Part shown: positions 10,434 through 20,105 of the stretch, one piece after another
How the letters are laid out: each line of letters opens with the position of its first letter
How positions within the stretch are numbered: position 1 is the stretch's first letter
Assembly (NCBI RefSeq): GCF_000011465.1
Contig: NC_005072.1
Coordinates: 720,001-752,000 of the forward strand
DNA from: Prochlorococcus marinus subsp. pastoris str. CCMP1986
Lineage (GTDB): Bacteria; Cyanobacteriota; Cyanobacteriia; PCC-6307; Cyanobiaceae
Length of the DNA: 32,000 nucleotides
Direction: 5' to 3'
Notes under the pieces: model-generated
The model's database searches: none
Seen by the model: the letters and a program-made list of their open reading frames with translations, nothing else
Told to the model about the DNA's origin: nothing
Translations under genes and position numbers: made by a program

Positions 10434-11435
10434 GTGAATCAAACTTTAATTCAAGAAATTCTCGAAGTAGTCGAGCAAGCCGCAATCGCATCAGCAAAAC
10501 TTACAGGTTTAGGTCAGAAAGACGAAGCTGATGCAGCTGCTGTTGAAGCAATGAGGTTGCGTATGGGGAAAATTGAGATGAAAGGAAAAATTGTAATAGG
10601 TGAAGGTGAACGTGACGAAGCACCAATGTTATACATAGGGGAAGAGGTAGGTAGTGGAAACGGTCCAGGCGTTGACTTTGCTGTAGACCCTTGTGAAGGA
10701 ACTAATCTATGTGCTAACAACCAACGAGGATCCATGGCAGTATTAGCTGCTTCCGACACTGGGGGGCTTTTCAATGCACCTGATTTTTATATGAATAAAT
10801 TGGCAGCACCTCCAGCGGCAAAAGGAAAGGTAGATATAAGGAATTCAGCTACTGAGAATTTAAAAATTTTAAGTAATTGCTTAGATCTAGCGATTGATGA
10901 ACTTACTGTAGTAGTTATGGATAGAGCAAGACATAAAGGTTTGATCAAGGAGATTCGAGAATGTGGAGCAAAAATTCAACCAATTTCTGATGGAGACGTT
11001 CAAGCTGCAATTGCTTGCGGATTTGCTGGTACAGGGACTCATTGCTTAATGGGTATTGGAGCAGCTCCAGAAGGTGTTATATCTGCCGCTGCAATGAGAG
11101 CTCTTGGGGGGCATTTTCAAGGACAGTTAGTTTATGACCCTGCAATTGCGCAAACTTCTGAATGGGCTGACTATACAAAAGAAGGAAATATAAAACGTTT
11201 AAATGAAATGGGAATTACTGATATTGACAAAATCTATGAGGCCAATGAACTTGCATCAGGAGAAAATGTGATCTTTGCGGGAAGTGGAATTACTGATGGA
11301 TTATTATTTGATGGAGTCAAATTTGAAAAAGACTGTACTAGAACCAGTAGCCTTGTAATAAGTACATTGGATAGCACTTGTCGATTTACAAATACAATAC
11401 ACATGAAAGATGGTGCTAAAAGTATTAGCCTTTAA
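10434..11435 (+). CDS. glpX: class II (GlpX-type) fructose-1,6-/sedoheptulose-1,7-bisphosphatase
   Basis: 333 aa. It shows GlpX motifs ([31 protein letters not shown]) and the cyanobacterial bifunctional F/SBPase size. The start is GTG, aligned with the conserved N-terminus. Confidence 0.95.
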   Translation: MNQTLIQEILEVVEQAAIASAKLTGLGQKDEADAAAVEAMRLRMGKIEMKGKIVIGEGERDEAPMLYIGEEVGSGNGPGVDFAVDPCEGTNLCANNQRGSMAVLAASDTGGLFNAPDFYMNKLAAPPAAKGKVDIRNSATENLKILSNCLDLAIDELTVVVMDRARHKGLIKEIRECGAKIQPISDGDVQAAIACGFAGTGTHCLMGIGAAPEGVISAAAMRALGGHFQGQLVYDPAIAQTSEWADYTKEGNIKRLNEMGITDIDKIYEANELASGENVIFAGSGITDGLLFDGVKFEKDCTRTSSLVISTLDSTCRFTNTIHMKDGAKSISL

Positions 11436-11452
11436 TATTTCAATTTAATTTT

Positions 11453-12754
11453 ATGCATATTGTTGTCGTCGGACTAAGTCATCGCACGGCACCTGTCGAA
11501 GTGCGTGAGAAGTTAAGTATTCCTGATCAATCGATTTCAGAATCATTAAAGACTCTGAGTATCAATTCTGATATTTTAGAAGTTTCTATTTTAAGTACTT
11601 GTAATAGGTTAGAAATATACGCTCTTGTTAAAGAGATAAATATTGGTATTTCATCTATTAAAGAATTTTTAACAGATTACTCGAGCGTAAATTTTGAAGA
11701 CCTAAATCCTCATCTTTTTGATTTTAGACAAGAAGAAGCTGTTTTACATTTAATGAAAGTCTCAGCTGGATTAGATAGCCTCGTTTTGGGCGAAGGTCAA
11801 ATACTCTCGCAAGTTAAAAAAATGATGAGATTAGGTCAGGAGAATCAATCTACCGGTCCAATTCTTAATAGGTTATTAAGTCAATCAGTTAGTGCCGGGA
11901 AGAAAGTTAGATCTGAAACTAATTTAGGAACTGGCGCTGTATCAATTAGCTCAGCCGCTGTTGAACTCGCTCAATTAAAAATTGGACAGGATCATGGTGT
12001 TGATGGGCTCGTTAGTTTGAAATCTGAAAAAGTTCTAGTCGTTGGTGCTGGAAGGATGAGTAGACTTTTAATAACTCATTTGAAATCCAAAGGATGTAAT
12101 AGGCTCACTCTTTTAAATAGAAATATTGAAAGAGCCGTTAATCTTGCAGGAGATTTCCCAGATCTTGAAATAAATTGCAAGAGTTTAAATGAATTGGATA
12201 AAAATATATCTTTATCCTCTCTTGTCTTTACTAGTACTGCTTCTGAAAAACCTTTTATTGATTTAGCAAGAGTTGAAAAAATTAGTTTAAATAACAAACT
12301 TAAATTTATTGATATAGGTGTTCCAAGAAATATATCAAATGATGTTAAACATCATGCTTTTATAGAGTCTTTTGATGTAGATGACTTGGAAGAAGTTGTT
12401 TCTAGAAATCAAGAATTTAGACAAAAAATAGCAAAAGAGGCTGAATCTTTAGTTAAAGATGAAAGAATCATTTTTTTGGAGTGGTGGGCTAGTTTGGAAG
12501 CAGTTCCAGTAATAAATAAATTAAGATCTGATTTGGAGTTAATAAGAAAAGAAGAGTTACAAAAAGCACTAAGTAGAATGGGACCTGATTTTTCTGCTCG
12601 AGAAAGGAAAGTTGTAGAGGCTTTAACTAAAGGGATTATTAATAAGATTCTTCACACACCAGTCACTAAATTGAGAAGTCCTCAGTCAAGAGATGAAAGA
12701 CAAGCATCATTAAAAATCGTTGAAAAATTGTTTTCTTTGGTAGATGATGAATAA
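11453..12754 (+). CDS. hemA: glutamyl-tRNA reductase
   Basis: 433 aa. It begins VVGLSHRTAPVEVREKL, has the catalytic-Cys region ILSTCNRLEIY and the NADPH site VVGAGRMS, and ends in a dimerisation helix. Confidence 0.95.
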   Translation: MHIVVVGLSHRTAPVEVREKLSIPDQSISESLKTLSINSDILEVSILSTCNRLEIYALVKEINIGISSIKEFLTDYSSVNFEDLNPHLFDFRQEEAVLHLMKVSAGLDSLVLGEGQILSQVKKMMRLGQENQSTGPILNRLLSQSVSAGKKVRSETNLGTGAVSISSAAVELAQLKIGQDHGVDGLVSLKSEKVLVVGAGRMSRLLITHLKSKGCNRLTLLNRNIERAVNLAGDFPDLEINCKSLNELDKNISLSSLVFTSTASEKPFIDLARVEKISLNNKLKFIDIGVPRNISNDVKHHAFIESFDVDDLEEVVSRNQEFRQKIAKEAESLVKDERIIFLEWWASLEAVPVINKLRSDLELIRKEELQKALSRMGPDFSARERKVVEALTKGIINKILHTPVTKLRSPQSRDERQASLKIVEKLFSLVDDE

Positions 12755-12892
12755 AATTTTTAAAAATAACTGACTTTATATTAAGTTTTTCATTAGATTT
12801 TTCTTAATACCTTTGTAAAGTGGCCATTTCCATTTTTAAATTTGCACATAATCAGTTAATTTTAATAGTTGAGTATACCTCCATTAAATTGA

Positions 12893-14188
12893 ATGAAGCG
12901 TGTGTTGGCAATCATCCTCGGAGGAGGAAAAGGTTCTAGGCTTTATCCCTTAACAAAAATGAGGGCTAAACCTGCAGTTCCTTTAGCAGGTAAATATCGT
13001 TTAATTGATATCCCAATTAGTAATTGTATTAATTCTGGGATTAATAAAATGTACGTTTTAACTCAGTTTAATAGTGCTTCTCTTAACAGACATATTGGGA
13101 GAACCTACAATTTAAGTGCTCCTTTTGGGCAAGGATTTGTGGAGGTACTAGCTGCTCAGCAAACTCCTGATAGTCCAAAGTGGTTTGAAGGTACTGCTGA
13201 TGCAGTAAGAAAATATCAATGGTTGTTTCAAGAGTGGGATGTGGACGAATATTTAATATTGTCGGGTGATCAGCTCTATAGAATGGACTATAGTTTATTT
13301 GTTCAACACCATAGAGATAATAAAGCTGATTTAACAGTAGCTGCCTTACCTGTTGATGAATCTCAGGCTGAAGGTTTTGGGCTTATGAGAACAGATGATT
13401 TGGGTAATATTAAAGAATTTAGTGAAAAGCCAACTGGTGAGAAATTAAAATCAATGGCGGTTGATACCTCTAAGTTCGGTTTAACCAAGGAATCGGCATC
13501 AGAGAAACCGTATCTTGCCTCTATGGGCATTTATGTTTTCAGTAGAAAGACACTTTTTGATCTCTTAAATAAGTTCCCTAGTTATACAGATTTTGGTAAA
13601 GATATAATCCCTGAGGCATTAAGTAGAGGGGATACATTAAAGAGTTATGTTTTTGATGATTATTGGGAAGATATAGGAACTATAGGAGCATTTTTTGAAT
13701 CAAACTTAGCATTAACACAACAACCAAAACCTCCGTTTAGTTTTTATGATGAAAAATTTCCTATATATACTAGGCCTAGATATCTTCCTCCATCAAAACT
13801 TGTAGATGCTCAAATTACTGATTCAATAGTTTGTGAAGGAACTATTTTGAAATCTTGTAGCATCTTGCATTGTGTCTTAGGGGTGAGAAGTAGAATTGAA
13901 AGTGATTCTGTTATTGAAGATACTCTTGTAATGGGATCTGATTTTTTTGAATCGCTAGAAGAGAGGATTGAATTAAGAAAAGGTGGTGGTACGCCTCTTG
14001 GAGTAGGAGAAGGTTCAACTATAAAAAGGGCAATTCTTGATAAGAATGCAAGAATTGGAGATAATGTGGTGATAGTAAATAAGGATAGAGTAGAAGAAGC
14101 AGATAAACCAGATGTAGGATTTTATATTAGAAATGGAATTGTTGTTGTAGTTAAAAATGCAACTATTGCTAACGGAACAATTATTTAA
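12893..14188 (+). CDS. glgC: glucose-1-phosphate adenylyltransferase (ADP-glucose pyrophosphorylase)
   Basis: 431 aa. It shows [30 protein letters not shown] and a C-terminal left-handed beta-helix region. Confidence 0.96.
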   Translation: MKRVLAIILGGGKGSRLYPLTKMRAKPAVPLAGKYRLIDIPISNCINSGINKMYVLTQFNSASLNRHIGRTYNLSAPFGQGFVEVLAAQQTPDSPKWFEGTADAVRKYQWLFQEWDVDEYLILSGDQLYRMDYSLFVQHHRDNKADLTVAALPVDESQAEGFGLMRTDDLGNIKEFSEKPTGEKLKSMAVDTSKFGLTKESASEKPYLASMGIYVFSRKTLFDLLNKFPSYTDFGKDIIPEALSRGDTLKSYVFDDYWEDIGTIGAFFESNLALTQQPKPPFSFYDEKFPIYTRPRYLPPSKLVDAQITDSIVCEGTILKSCSILHCVLGVRSRIESDSVIEDTLVMGSDFFESLEERIELRKGGGTPLGVGEGSTIKRAILDKNARIGDNVVIVNKDRVEEADKPDVGFYIRNGIVVVVKNATIANGTII

Positions 14189-14252
14189 TTTAGTTTTTCG
14201 ATCATTTTTCGCTGACATAAGTAATGTTTTTTAAGCAATTTCTCTAAGTTGC

Positions 14253-14286
14253 ATGCAATATATATTTATTGCGTTTTTTAATTTTT
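14253..14286 (+). terminator. weak terminator-like hairpin plus T-tract abutting the gnd ATG
   Basis: The stem is atgcaata (14253-14260) / tattgcgt (14267-14274; 8 pairs, one G-U and only 2 G-C) with loop tatatt. It is followed by TTTTTTaaTTTTT, ending 1 nt before the ATG at 14287. It also overlaps the 10-bp perfect palindrome ttgcatgcaa (14249-14258). Confidence 0.3.
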
Positions 14287-15705
14287 ATGCCCAAGGCACA
14301 TTTTGGTTTAATCGGTCTTGGAGTTATGGGGGAGAATTTAGTTCTTAATGCAGAAAGGAACGGATTTTCTAGTGTAGTTTTTAATAGAACCTATTCAAAA
14401 ACTCAAGAATTCTTAGAAGGTAGAGGTTTAGGAAAGAATGTAGAAGGAGCTAAAACACTTCAAGAATTTGTGAATAAGCTTGAAAGACCAAGAAGAATTT
14501 TAATGATGGTTAAAGCCGGGGCAGCTACAGATGCTGTTATTGATAATATTTCTGAATATCTTGAAGAAGGCGATTTATTAATTGATGGAGGTAATTCTCA
14601 GTTTAAAGATACTGAAAGACGAGTTGCGACTCTTGAAAGTAAAAGCTTTGGATATATAGGAATGGGTGTCTCTGGAGGGGCTAAAGGAGCCTTGGAGGGG
14701 CCAAGCATGATGCCTGGCGGAACTAAAGCCTCTTATGACGCTATAGAAAGTTTATTGACTAAAATGGCTGCGAAAGTAGAAGACGGTCCTTGTGTAGCTT
14801 ATGTTGGACCCGGTGGTTCAGGCCACTTCGTTAAAACTGTTCATAATGGTATTGAATATGGCATTGAGCAAATTCTTGCAGAAGCTTATGACCTTATGAA
14901 AAGAGTCAAAAATATGAATGGATCACAAATGGCTGAGGTTTTTGGTCTTTGGAATAATACTGATGAATTGGCATCTTATCTTGTAGAAATAACGCAAATA
15001 TGTTTAAACACCAAAGATGAACTAACAGGCGAAGATGTTGTGGAAAAAATATTGGATAAAGCTGGCCAAAAAGGTACTGGATTGTGGACTGTTGTTAGTG
15101 CCTTAGAACTTGGTATATCAGTTCCCACTATTTATGCTTCATTAAATGCAAGGGTTATGAGTTCCCTTAAGGTTCAACGTAGTGAAATCGAGAAAACAAT
15201 TCCGATGGAAGCTATTGAAGATTTTGATTTAGGAGAAATTTCTAATGGTATGAAACCTTTGTTTGATGCAGTCGTTCTTGCTACTATTGCTAGTTACGCT
15301 CAAGGGATGGATATATTAAGTGAAGCTTCATCAGTTTATAATTATGAGCTAAATATGCCATCTATTGCTCAAATATGGAAAGGTGGTTGCATTATTAGAT
15401 CAAAATTATTAAAAAAGATTCAAGATGCATATCAAAAAGATCCAAATTTGAAGAATCTAATTTTTGATGATTGGTTCAACAACGAAATTTCTACAAGAAT
15501 TGATAATTTAGCAAGTGTCGTTTCTTCTTCAACTAAGGCTGGTATTCCAGTGCCTTGTTTATCAAGTACTTTAGATTATTTAAATAGTTACAGAACAAAC
15601 AGACTTCCTCAGAATTTAGTTCAAGCCATGAGAGATTGTTTTGGTTCACATACTTACGAAAGAGTTGACAAGGAAGGAAGTTTTCATACTGAATGGATGA
15701 AATGA
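14287..15705 (+). CDS. gnd: 6-phosphogluconate dehydrogenase (decarboxylating)
   Basis: The track ORF starts at TTG 14269. The conserved N-terminus begins at ATG 14287 (MPKAHFGLIGLGVMGENL, a Rossmann fold), giving 472 aa. The internal motifs GMGVSGG and HNGIEYG are typical of Gnd. Confidence 0.93.
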   Translation: MPKAHFGLIGLGVMGENLVLNAERNGFSSVVFNRTYSKTQEFLEGRGLGKNVEGAKTLQEFVNKLERPRRILMMVKAGAATDAVIDNISEYLEEGDLLIDGGNSQFKDTERRVATLESKSFGYIGMGVSGGAKGALEGPSMMPGGTKASYDAIESLLTKMAAKVEDGPCVAYVGPGGSGHFVKTVHNGIEYGIEQILAEAYDLMKRVKNMNGSQMAEVFGLWNNTDELASYLVEITQICLNTKDELTGEDVVEKILDKAGQKGTGLWTVVSALELGISVPTIYASLNARVMSSLKVQRSEIEKTIPMEAIEDFDLGEISNGMKPLFDAVVLATIASYAQGMDILSEASSVYNYELNMPSIAQIWKGGCIIRSKLLKKIQDAYQKDPNLKNLIFDDWFNNEISTRIDNLASVVSSSTKAGIPVPCLSSTLDYLNSYRTNRLPQNLVQAMRDCFGSHTYERVDKEGSFHTEWMK

Positions 15706-16430
15706 TTGAACAATCTTATGGTGGATACAAACTTTACATATATAAAGATAAACTTGAACTCTCATCTAATGTCTCTAATTTTATAGAAAATCAAATTGTT
15801 CAAACGTTAAAAATTAAAGATAGATTTCAATTTTGTGTAAGTGGTGGTTCAACCCCTAAATCTGTTTATCAATTACTATCAGAAAGAGATATTGAATGGG
15901 AGAAAGTTGATATTTTTTTAGGTGATGAGAGGTGTGTTGATCCAAAATCTGAATTAAGTAACTCTCTGATGTTAAAAAATTCCTTGCTAACTAAATATGG
16001 TTCTAAAGCCTTCTTTTATGAGATTTTTAGTGATAAAAAAGTTGACGATAATATCTCAAAAAATTTATTAATTTCTAAATTAAATGAAAAATGTAATGGT
16101 AAACCTCCATCTTTTGATTTAACTTTATTAGGCCTTGGTGATGATGGTCATACCGCTTCGCTATTTCCATATCAGAAAAATAATAATGCTGATGATTTTG
16201 TAATTTTTAATGAGGGAAAAGGTCTTAAAAGAATTTCTCTAACTCCTAAAGTACTATCTGCTTCTTCAAAGATTATATTTTTAGTTAGTGGGGCTTCTAA
16301 ACAATTAGCACTTAAGAGACTATTGGATAAAAATGAGTCCCCAGAAAGGACTCCTTCTAAATTAATTAAATCAAGTGACCAGATATCAATATTTTGCGAT
16401 GAAGAATCTTCAAAAGAATTATCAATTTAG
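15693..16430 (+). CDS. pgl: 6-phosphogluconolactonase
   Basis: 245 aa. It has the motifs SGGSTP, FLGDERCV and LLGLGDDGHTASLFP. The start is either ATG 15693 (13-nt overlap with gnd) or ATG 15702, which forms an ATGA stop/start overlap with the gnd TGA. Confidence 0.9.
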   Translation: MDEMIEQSYGGYKLYIYKDKLELSSNVSNFIENQIVQTLKIKDRFQFCVSGGSTPKSVYQLLSERDIEWEKVDIFLGDERCVDPKSELSNSLMLKNSLLTKYGSKAFFYEIFSDKKVDDNISKNLLISKLNEKCNGKPPSFDLTLLGLGDDGHTASLFPYQKNNNADDFVIFNEGKGLKRISLTPKVLSASSKIIFLVSGASKQLALKRLLDKNESPERTPSKLIKSSDQISIFCDEESSKELSI

Positions 16431-16460
16431 GTAGAGTCTATACTAGTTCTAAACTAATTA

Positions 16461-17009
16461 ATGAGTAATAAAAAAGTTTTATTCCAGAAAAAAGAGTTTG
16501 AAGGATGGAAAACCTTAAACGACACTGTTATGGGTGGTTCAAGTTCAGCTTATTGCGAAAATACAAATTCTGGGTTGCTATTAAAGGGAAATATCATAGA
16601 GAAAGCTGGAGGCTTTGTTAGTTGTAGATCATCGATATATAAACCTTCATTAGATATTAACGAGTATCAATCTTTTGAATTAAAAATAGATGGTCAAGGT
16701 AGAACCTTCAAATTTGCAGTCGCATGCGAAGATGACATCCTTGGCCTGACAGAATTTATTCCTGGTGGTCTGAGATGGATAAAATCATTTCCTACTAAAA
16801 AATTTGGAACAACTAAGATAGAAATTCCTTTTAATTCTCTTAATCCATCAGTAAGAGCTAATAAGGTCCGTTTCCCTTTCAAATTTAAACCATCAAAAAT
16901 TAAGAGATTACAACTGCTGCATTCAAAATTTGGAGATAATGGTCTACTTAATGATGGATTCAAATCGGGTCCAATAAAAATTTTAATAAAATCAATCAGT
17001 GTTTTTTGA
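16461..17009 (+). CDS. CIA30 (complex I intermediate-associated protein 30) domain protein
   Basis: 182 aa. It has the N-terminal W...NDTVMGGSS motif followed by ..GGFVSCRS.., and a predicted beta-sandwich-sized protein typical of stand-alone CIA30 domains. Confidence 0.75.
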   Translation: MSNKKVLFQKKEFEGWKTLNDTVMGGSSSAYCENTNSGLLLKGNIIEKAGGFVSCRSSIYKPSLDINEYQSFELKIDGQGRTFKFAVACEDDILGLTEFIPGGLRWIKSFPTKKFGTTKIEIPFNSLNPSVRANKVRFPFKFKPSKIKRLQLLHSKFGDNGLLNDGFKSGPIKILIKSISVF

Positions 17010-17385
17010 AGATTTTGCTGAAAAATTTAATACTTTAATTGCTAAGTCTGCAGATTTAACAAATAAACCTTTTCTGCACTCAGTCGTAAAGATTAATGGG
17101 GAATATGAAAGAGATAATGAGGATATTGATTTAACTTTAAATATTTTATGTAGAGATAATGAAGGGAAAAGATTGGATATTTATGATCTTGAGTTGGAAC
17201 TTTTTAAATCAAATAGTGAATTAGTTTTAGTTATTTCGAAGCTGAACTTTCCTGATGAACCTATTTTATGGAGTGGTGTAAAAACAATATGGATGAATAG
17301 TAGAGATGGCAAAAAATGCTCTCCACCAAAATATAGTTCAAGATTGGAGAACCTTGCTACGAGGATAAAAAATTTTATTACTTAG
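16999..17385 (+). CDS. hypothetical protein (128 aa), no domain recognised
   Basis: An ORF in the coding direction of the operon. Its GTG start overlaps the CIA30 gene by 11 nt, and its codon usage resembles that of its neighbours. I recognise no motif, and the start codon is uncertain. Confidence 0.55.
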   Translation: MFFEDFAEKFNTLIAKSADLTNKPFLHSVVKINGEYERDNEDIDLTLNILCRDNEGKRLDIYDLELELFKSNSELVLVISKLNFPDEPILWSGVKTIWMNSRDGKKCSPPKYSSRLENLATRIKNFIT

Positions 17386-17402
17386 AACAGTTTATTAGGA
17401 GA

Positions 17403-19082
17403 TTATTCTTCCAAATCTGTAACGGCTCCTAGGCTTGAGGTGCTAACAATTCTTGAATATTTAGAAAGAACTCCTTTTTTATATTTTTTACTAGGCTTTT
17501 CCCAGTTAATTCTTCTCATTTCTAATTCCTCATCAGATAGTTCAACTTCGATTAATTGGTTTGTAGCATCAACAGTTATTAAATCGCCTTCTTTTATTAA
17601 CGCTATATTTCCTCCAACTGCTGCCTCTGGTGCAATGTGGCCAACAACTAGGCCATAGGTGCCTCCACTAAATCTACCATCAGTTATTAGCGCTACTTTT
17701 TCTCCAAGTCCTTGCCCAACAATTGCGGATGTTGGTGCCAACATTTCTCTCATCCCTGGTCCGCCCACAGGACCTTCATTTCTTATAACAACAACATTAC
17801 CAGCTTTAATATCATTATTCAAAATTGATTTGAGACAATCCTCCTCACTCTCAAAGATGCGAGCAGGTCCTTTTAATACAGGATTCTTTATTCCACTAAT
17901 TTTGGCTACACAACCTTCCGAGGCTAAGTTCCCTTTTAGAATCGCTAAGTGACCTTTTTTATAAAGTGGATTATCAATATCTCGAATGACATCCTGATTC
18001 TCTGGAGGTTTAACTGGAATATCTTTTAAGGATTCAACTACTGTTTTACCCTCTATGTTTCTACAATTACCATGTATCAAACCTGTGTTTAGAAGTATTT
18101 TCATAACTTGTGGAATTCCACCTGCTTTATGAAGATCGACTGTTACGTATTTACCGCTGGGTTTTAAGTCGCAAATTACAGGTACTTTTTGTCTTATTCT
18201 TTCGAAATCATCAATATTGATATCTATACCTGCTGTATTTGCTATTGCTAATATATGGAGAACGGCATTAGTTGAACCTCCAATAGCCATAATGACAGTT
18301 ATTGCATTCTCAAATGATTCTTTAGTCATGAGAGTTAAAGGTCTAATATCTTTTCTAATTGCATCAACTAATATTTCAGCACTTTTTTCAGCGCTAACTT
18401 CCTTTTCGTAATCTTCAGCTGCCATTGTTGAACTATATGGAAGACTTAAACCCAAGACTTCTATAACAGCAGACATAGTGTTAGCTGTAAACATTCCTCC
18501 ACAACTTCCAGCTCCTGGGATACAATTTTTTTCAACTTCAATTAATCTCTTCTCATTTATTTTCCCAGAAGTTAATTGCCCAACAGCTTCAAATGCACTG
18601 ACAACTGTAAGATCTTCACCATTTAATTTACCAGGTTTTATTGTTCCTCCATAAATAAATATGGATGGGATATTCATTCTTGCAATTGCAATCATTGCTC
18701 CTGGCATATTTTTATCACAACCTCCAATAGCTAAAACCCCATCCATACTTTGCGCATTGCATGCTGTTTCGATTGAATCAGCTATAACCTCTCTTGAAAC
18801 TAGGGAATATTTCATTCCCTCTGTTCCCATAGAGATTCCATCACTTACGGTGATGGTTCCGAACATCTGAGGCATACCTCCTGCTTCTCTTATTGATTCT
18901 TCAGCTTTTAGAGCTAACTTGTTTAGACCCATATTGCATGGTGTGATAGTACTAAATCCGTTAGCAACTCCAATTATAGGTTTAGTAAAATCTTCATCAC
19001 TAAAACCAACAGCTCTTAACATTGATCTGTTAGGAGATCTTTGGACACCTTGAGTTATTGCAGATGATCTTAATTTATTCAT
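17403..19082 (-). CDS. ilvD: dihydroxy-acid dehydratase
   Basis: 559 aa. It starts [19 protein letters not shown], has the Fe-S cluster Cys regions ([29 protein letters not shown]) and the C-terminal motif [12 protein letters not shown]. Confidence 0.96.
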   Translation of the reverse strand: MNKLRSSAITQGVQRSPNRSMLRAVGFSDEDFTKPIIGVANGFSTITPCNMGLNKLALKAEESIREAGGMPQMFGTITVSDGISMGTEGMKYSLVSREVIADSIETACNAQSMDGVLAIGGCDKNMPGAMIAIARMNIPSIFIYGGTIKPGKLNGEDLTVVSAFEAVGQLTSGKINEKRLIEVEKNCIPGAGSCGGMFTANTMSAVIEVLGLSLPYSSTMAAEDYEKEVSAEKSAEILVDAIRKDIRPLTLMTKESFENAITVIMAIGGSTNAVLHILAIANTAGIDINIDDFERIRQKVPVICDLKPSGKYVTVDLHKAGGIPQVMKILLNTGLIHGNCRNIEGKTVVESLKDIPVKPPENQDVIRDIDNPLYKKGHLAILKGNLASEGCVAKISGIKNPVLKGPARIFESEEDCLKSILNNDIKAGNVVVIRNEGPVGGPGMREMLAPTSAIVGQGLGEKVALITDGRFSGGTYGLVVGHIAPEAAVGGNIALIKEGDLITVDATNQLIEVELSDEELEMRRINWEKPSKKYKKGVLSKYSRIVSTSSLGAVTDLEE

Positions 19083-19105
19083 ATGATTTGAGAACCTCTA
19101 TTATT

Positions 19106-19396
19106 CTATTGTCCTAATTCCTCAAGTTGCCTCCTTACATCAGCAATTGCAGAATTAAGCTCTTCAACTTTTTGCTCTAATTTATCTCCTTCAACGTCTT
19201 TAATGTTTTCGTTAGTGTCAATAGCTTCTGAACCATCTTGAATTCTTGATGAATACATCATTGCTTTTTGTTTCTTTTCTTCTTTTCTTTTATCTGCTTC
19301 GGAGATTAACCACCATGCCAAACCTGCTGCTCCGATAAAAGCCCCACTTATTAAAGATAAAAAATTATTTGAAGACGAATCTCTATATTCAGACAT
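19106..19396 (-). CDS. small membrane-anchored coiled-coil protein (96 aa), function unknown
   Basis: One predicted TM helix (FLSLISGAFIGAAGLAWWLI) is followed by a Lys/Glu-rich segment and an amphipathic C-terminus (KLEQKVEELNSAIADVRRQLEEL). It is wedged between upp and ilvD on the same strand, with gaps of 29 nt and 23 nt. Confidence 0.65.
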   Translation of the reverse strand: MSEYRDSSSNNFLSLISGAFIGAAGLAWWLISEADKRKEEKKQKAMMYSSRIQDGSEAIDTNENIKDVEGDKLEQKVEELNSAIADVRRQLEELGQ

Positions 19397-19425
19397 TGGT
19401 AATTAATTTCTATTTATATTATATC

Positions 19426-20043
19426 TTAGTTCTTATCTGAAAATATAGTACTCAAACGCAATAAAGGGTTTCCAATTCCGGGCTTCAACAAATTTGAATT
19501 TTCGTCTTCTTCATCAATACAAGATGTATATATAACTTGTTGAGGAAATACCTTTGCAATTTCATTTAGACCTTTATTGCTGCAAATGGATGATATTAAT
19601 AAAATCCTATTAGATTCAACCCCTAATCTTTTTAACTTAATAAGAGTTTCAATTGGATTTGATTTCATCTTTATTTGATCTGAATAAACCATAACACCAA
19701 TATTATCTTCGATTTTTGTTGGTAATTCTCCTAACAAAAGAGTTGAATTTGGGATCACTTCTTTTGCTCCGTACCATAGGGATAATCCTTCAGGCATTAT
19801 TGCTATTACTTTTATTGGATAATCATTATTTATAAAAACACCTTCTGCCTCTCCATGATCTGTTTTTATCGACTCTTTTTTATATGGAAGCCAATCTCTT
19901 AACGCTTCATAAGTTAGCCATTTTCCTAATTGTTCATAGCCAGTTGAATATAAAATATTAGGAGTATTTTTCTCTCTTAAAATTGAAAGCCAATGTTTTA
20001 TTAATGGATGAGGAGGAACAATAACCTTTAGTGACATTGCCAT
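19426..20043 (-). CDS. upp: uracil phosphoribosyltransferase family protein
   Basis: The track ORF starts at TTG 20070. ATG 20043 is preceded by aaaggaaaatat and gives MAMSLKVIVPPHPLIKHWLSILR, the conserved UPRTase N-terminus (205 aa). Confidence 0.85.
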   Translation of the reverse strand: MAMSLKVIVPPHPLIKHWLSILREKNTPNILYSTGYEQLGKWLTYEALRDWLPYKKESIKTDHGEAEGVFINNDYPIKVIAIMPEGLSLWYGAKEVIPNSTLLLGELPTKIEDNIGVMVYSDQIKMKSNPIETLIKLKRLGVESNRILLISSICSNKGLNEIAKVFPQQVIYTSCIDEEDENSNLLKPGIGNPLLRLSTIFSDKN

Positions 20044-20105
20044 ATATTTTCCTTTAAGATGGTGATACAAACTTTAAAACCCTAGATCTAAAATACATTT
20101 TTATT

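Noticed and set aside
12755-12892. Looked for NtcA-type GTA-N8-TAC sites, and for riboswitch-like conserved cores (e.g. glutamine-riboswitch-like GGACGGAAG) upstream of glgC, glpX, purS and the miniprotein ORF
   Set aside because: No exact GTA-N8-TAC with a suitably placed -10 was found. The only cggaagg-like string (about 22040-22050, minus strand) lies inside the conserved purS coding sequence.
14269-14286. TTG-extended start of gnd (MRFLIF...) given by the track
   Set aside because: The Rossmann-fold N-terminus begins right after ATG 14287. The extension would run through a T-tract/hairpin and adds only hydrophobic filler.
17440-18870. Four plus-strand ORFs (72, 97, 64, 69 aa), all in the same frame, opposite ilvD
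   Set aside because: They sit in the codon-aligned antisense frame of ilvD. In that frame, stops arise only from sense TTA/CTA/TCA codons, which are rare in this conserved, relatively GC-richer gene. The peptides are Pro/Ser/Ile-rich mirror images with no motifs. This is not an overlapping gene.
20044-20070. TTG-extended start of upp (MYHHLKGKY...)
   Set aside because: ATG 20043 is preceded by an aaaggaaaa purine tract at SD-like distance, and the conserved UPRTase N-terminus starts there.
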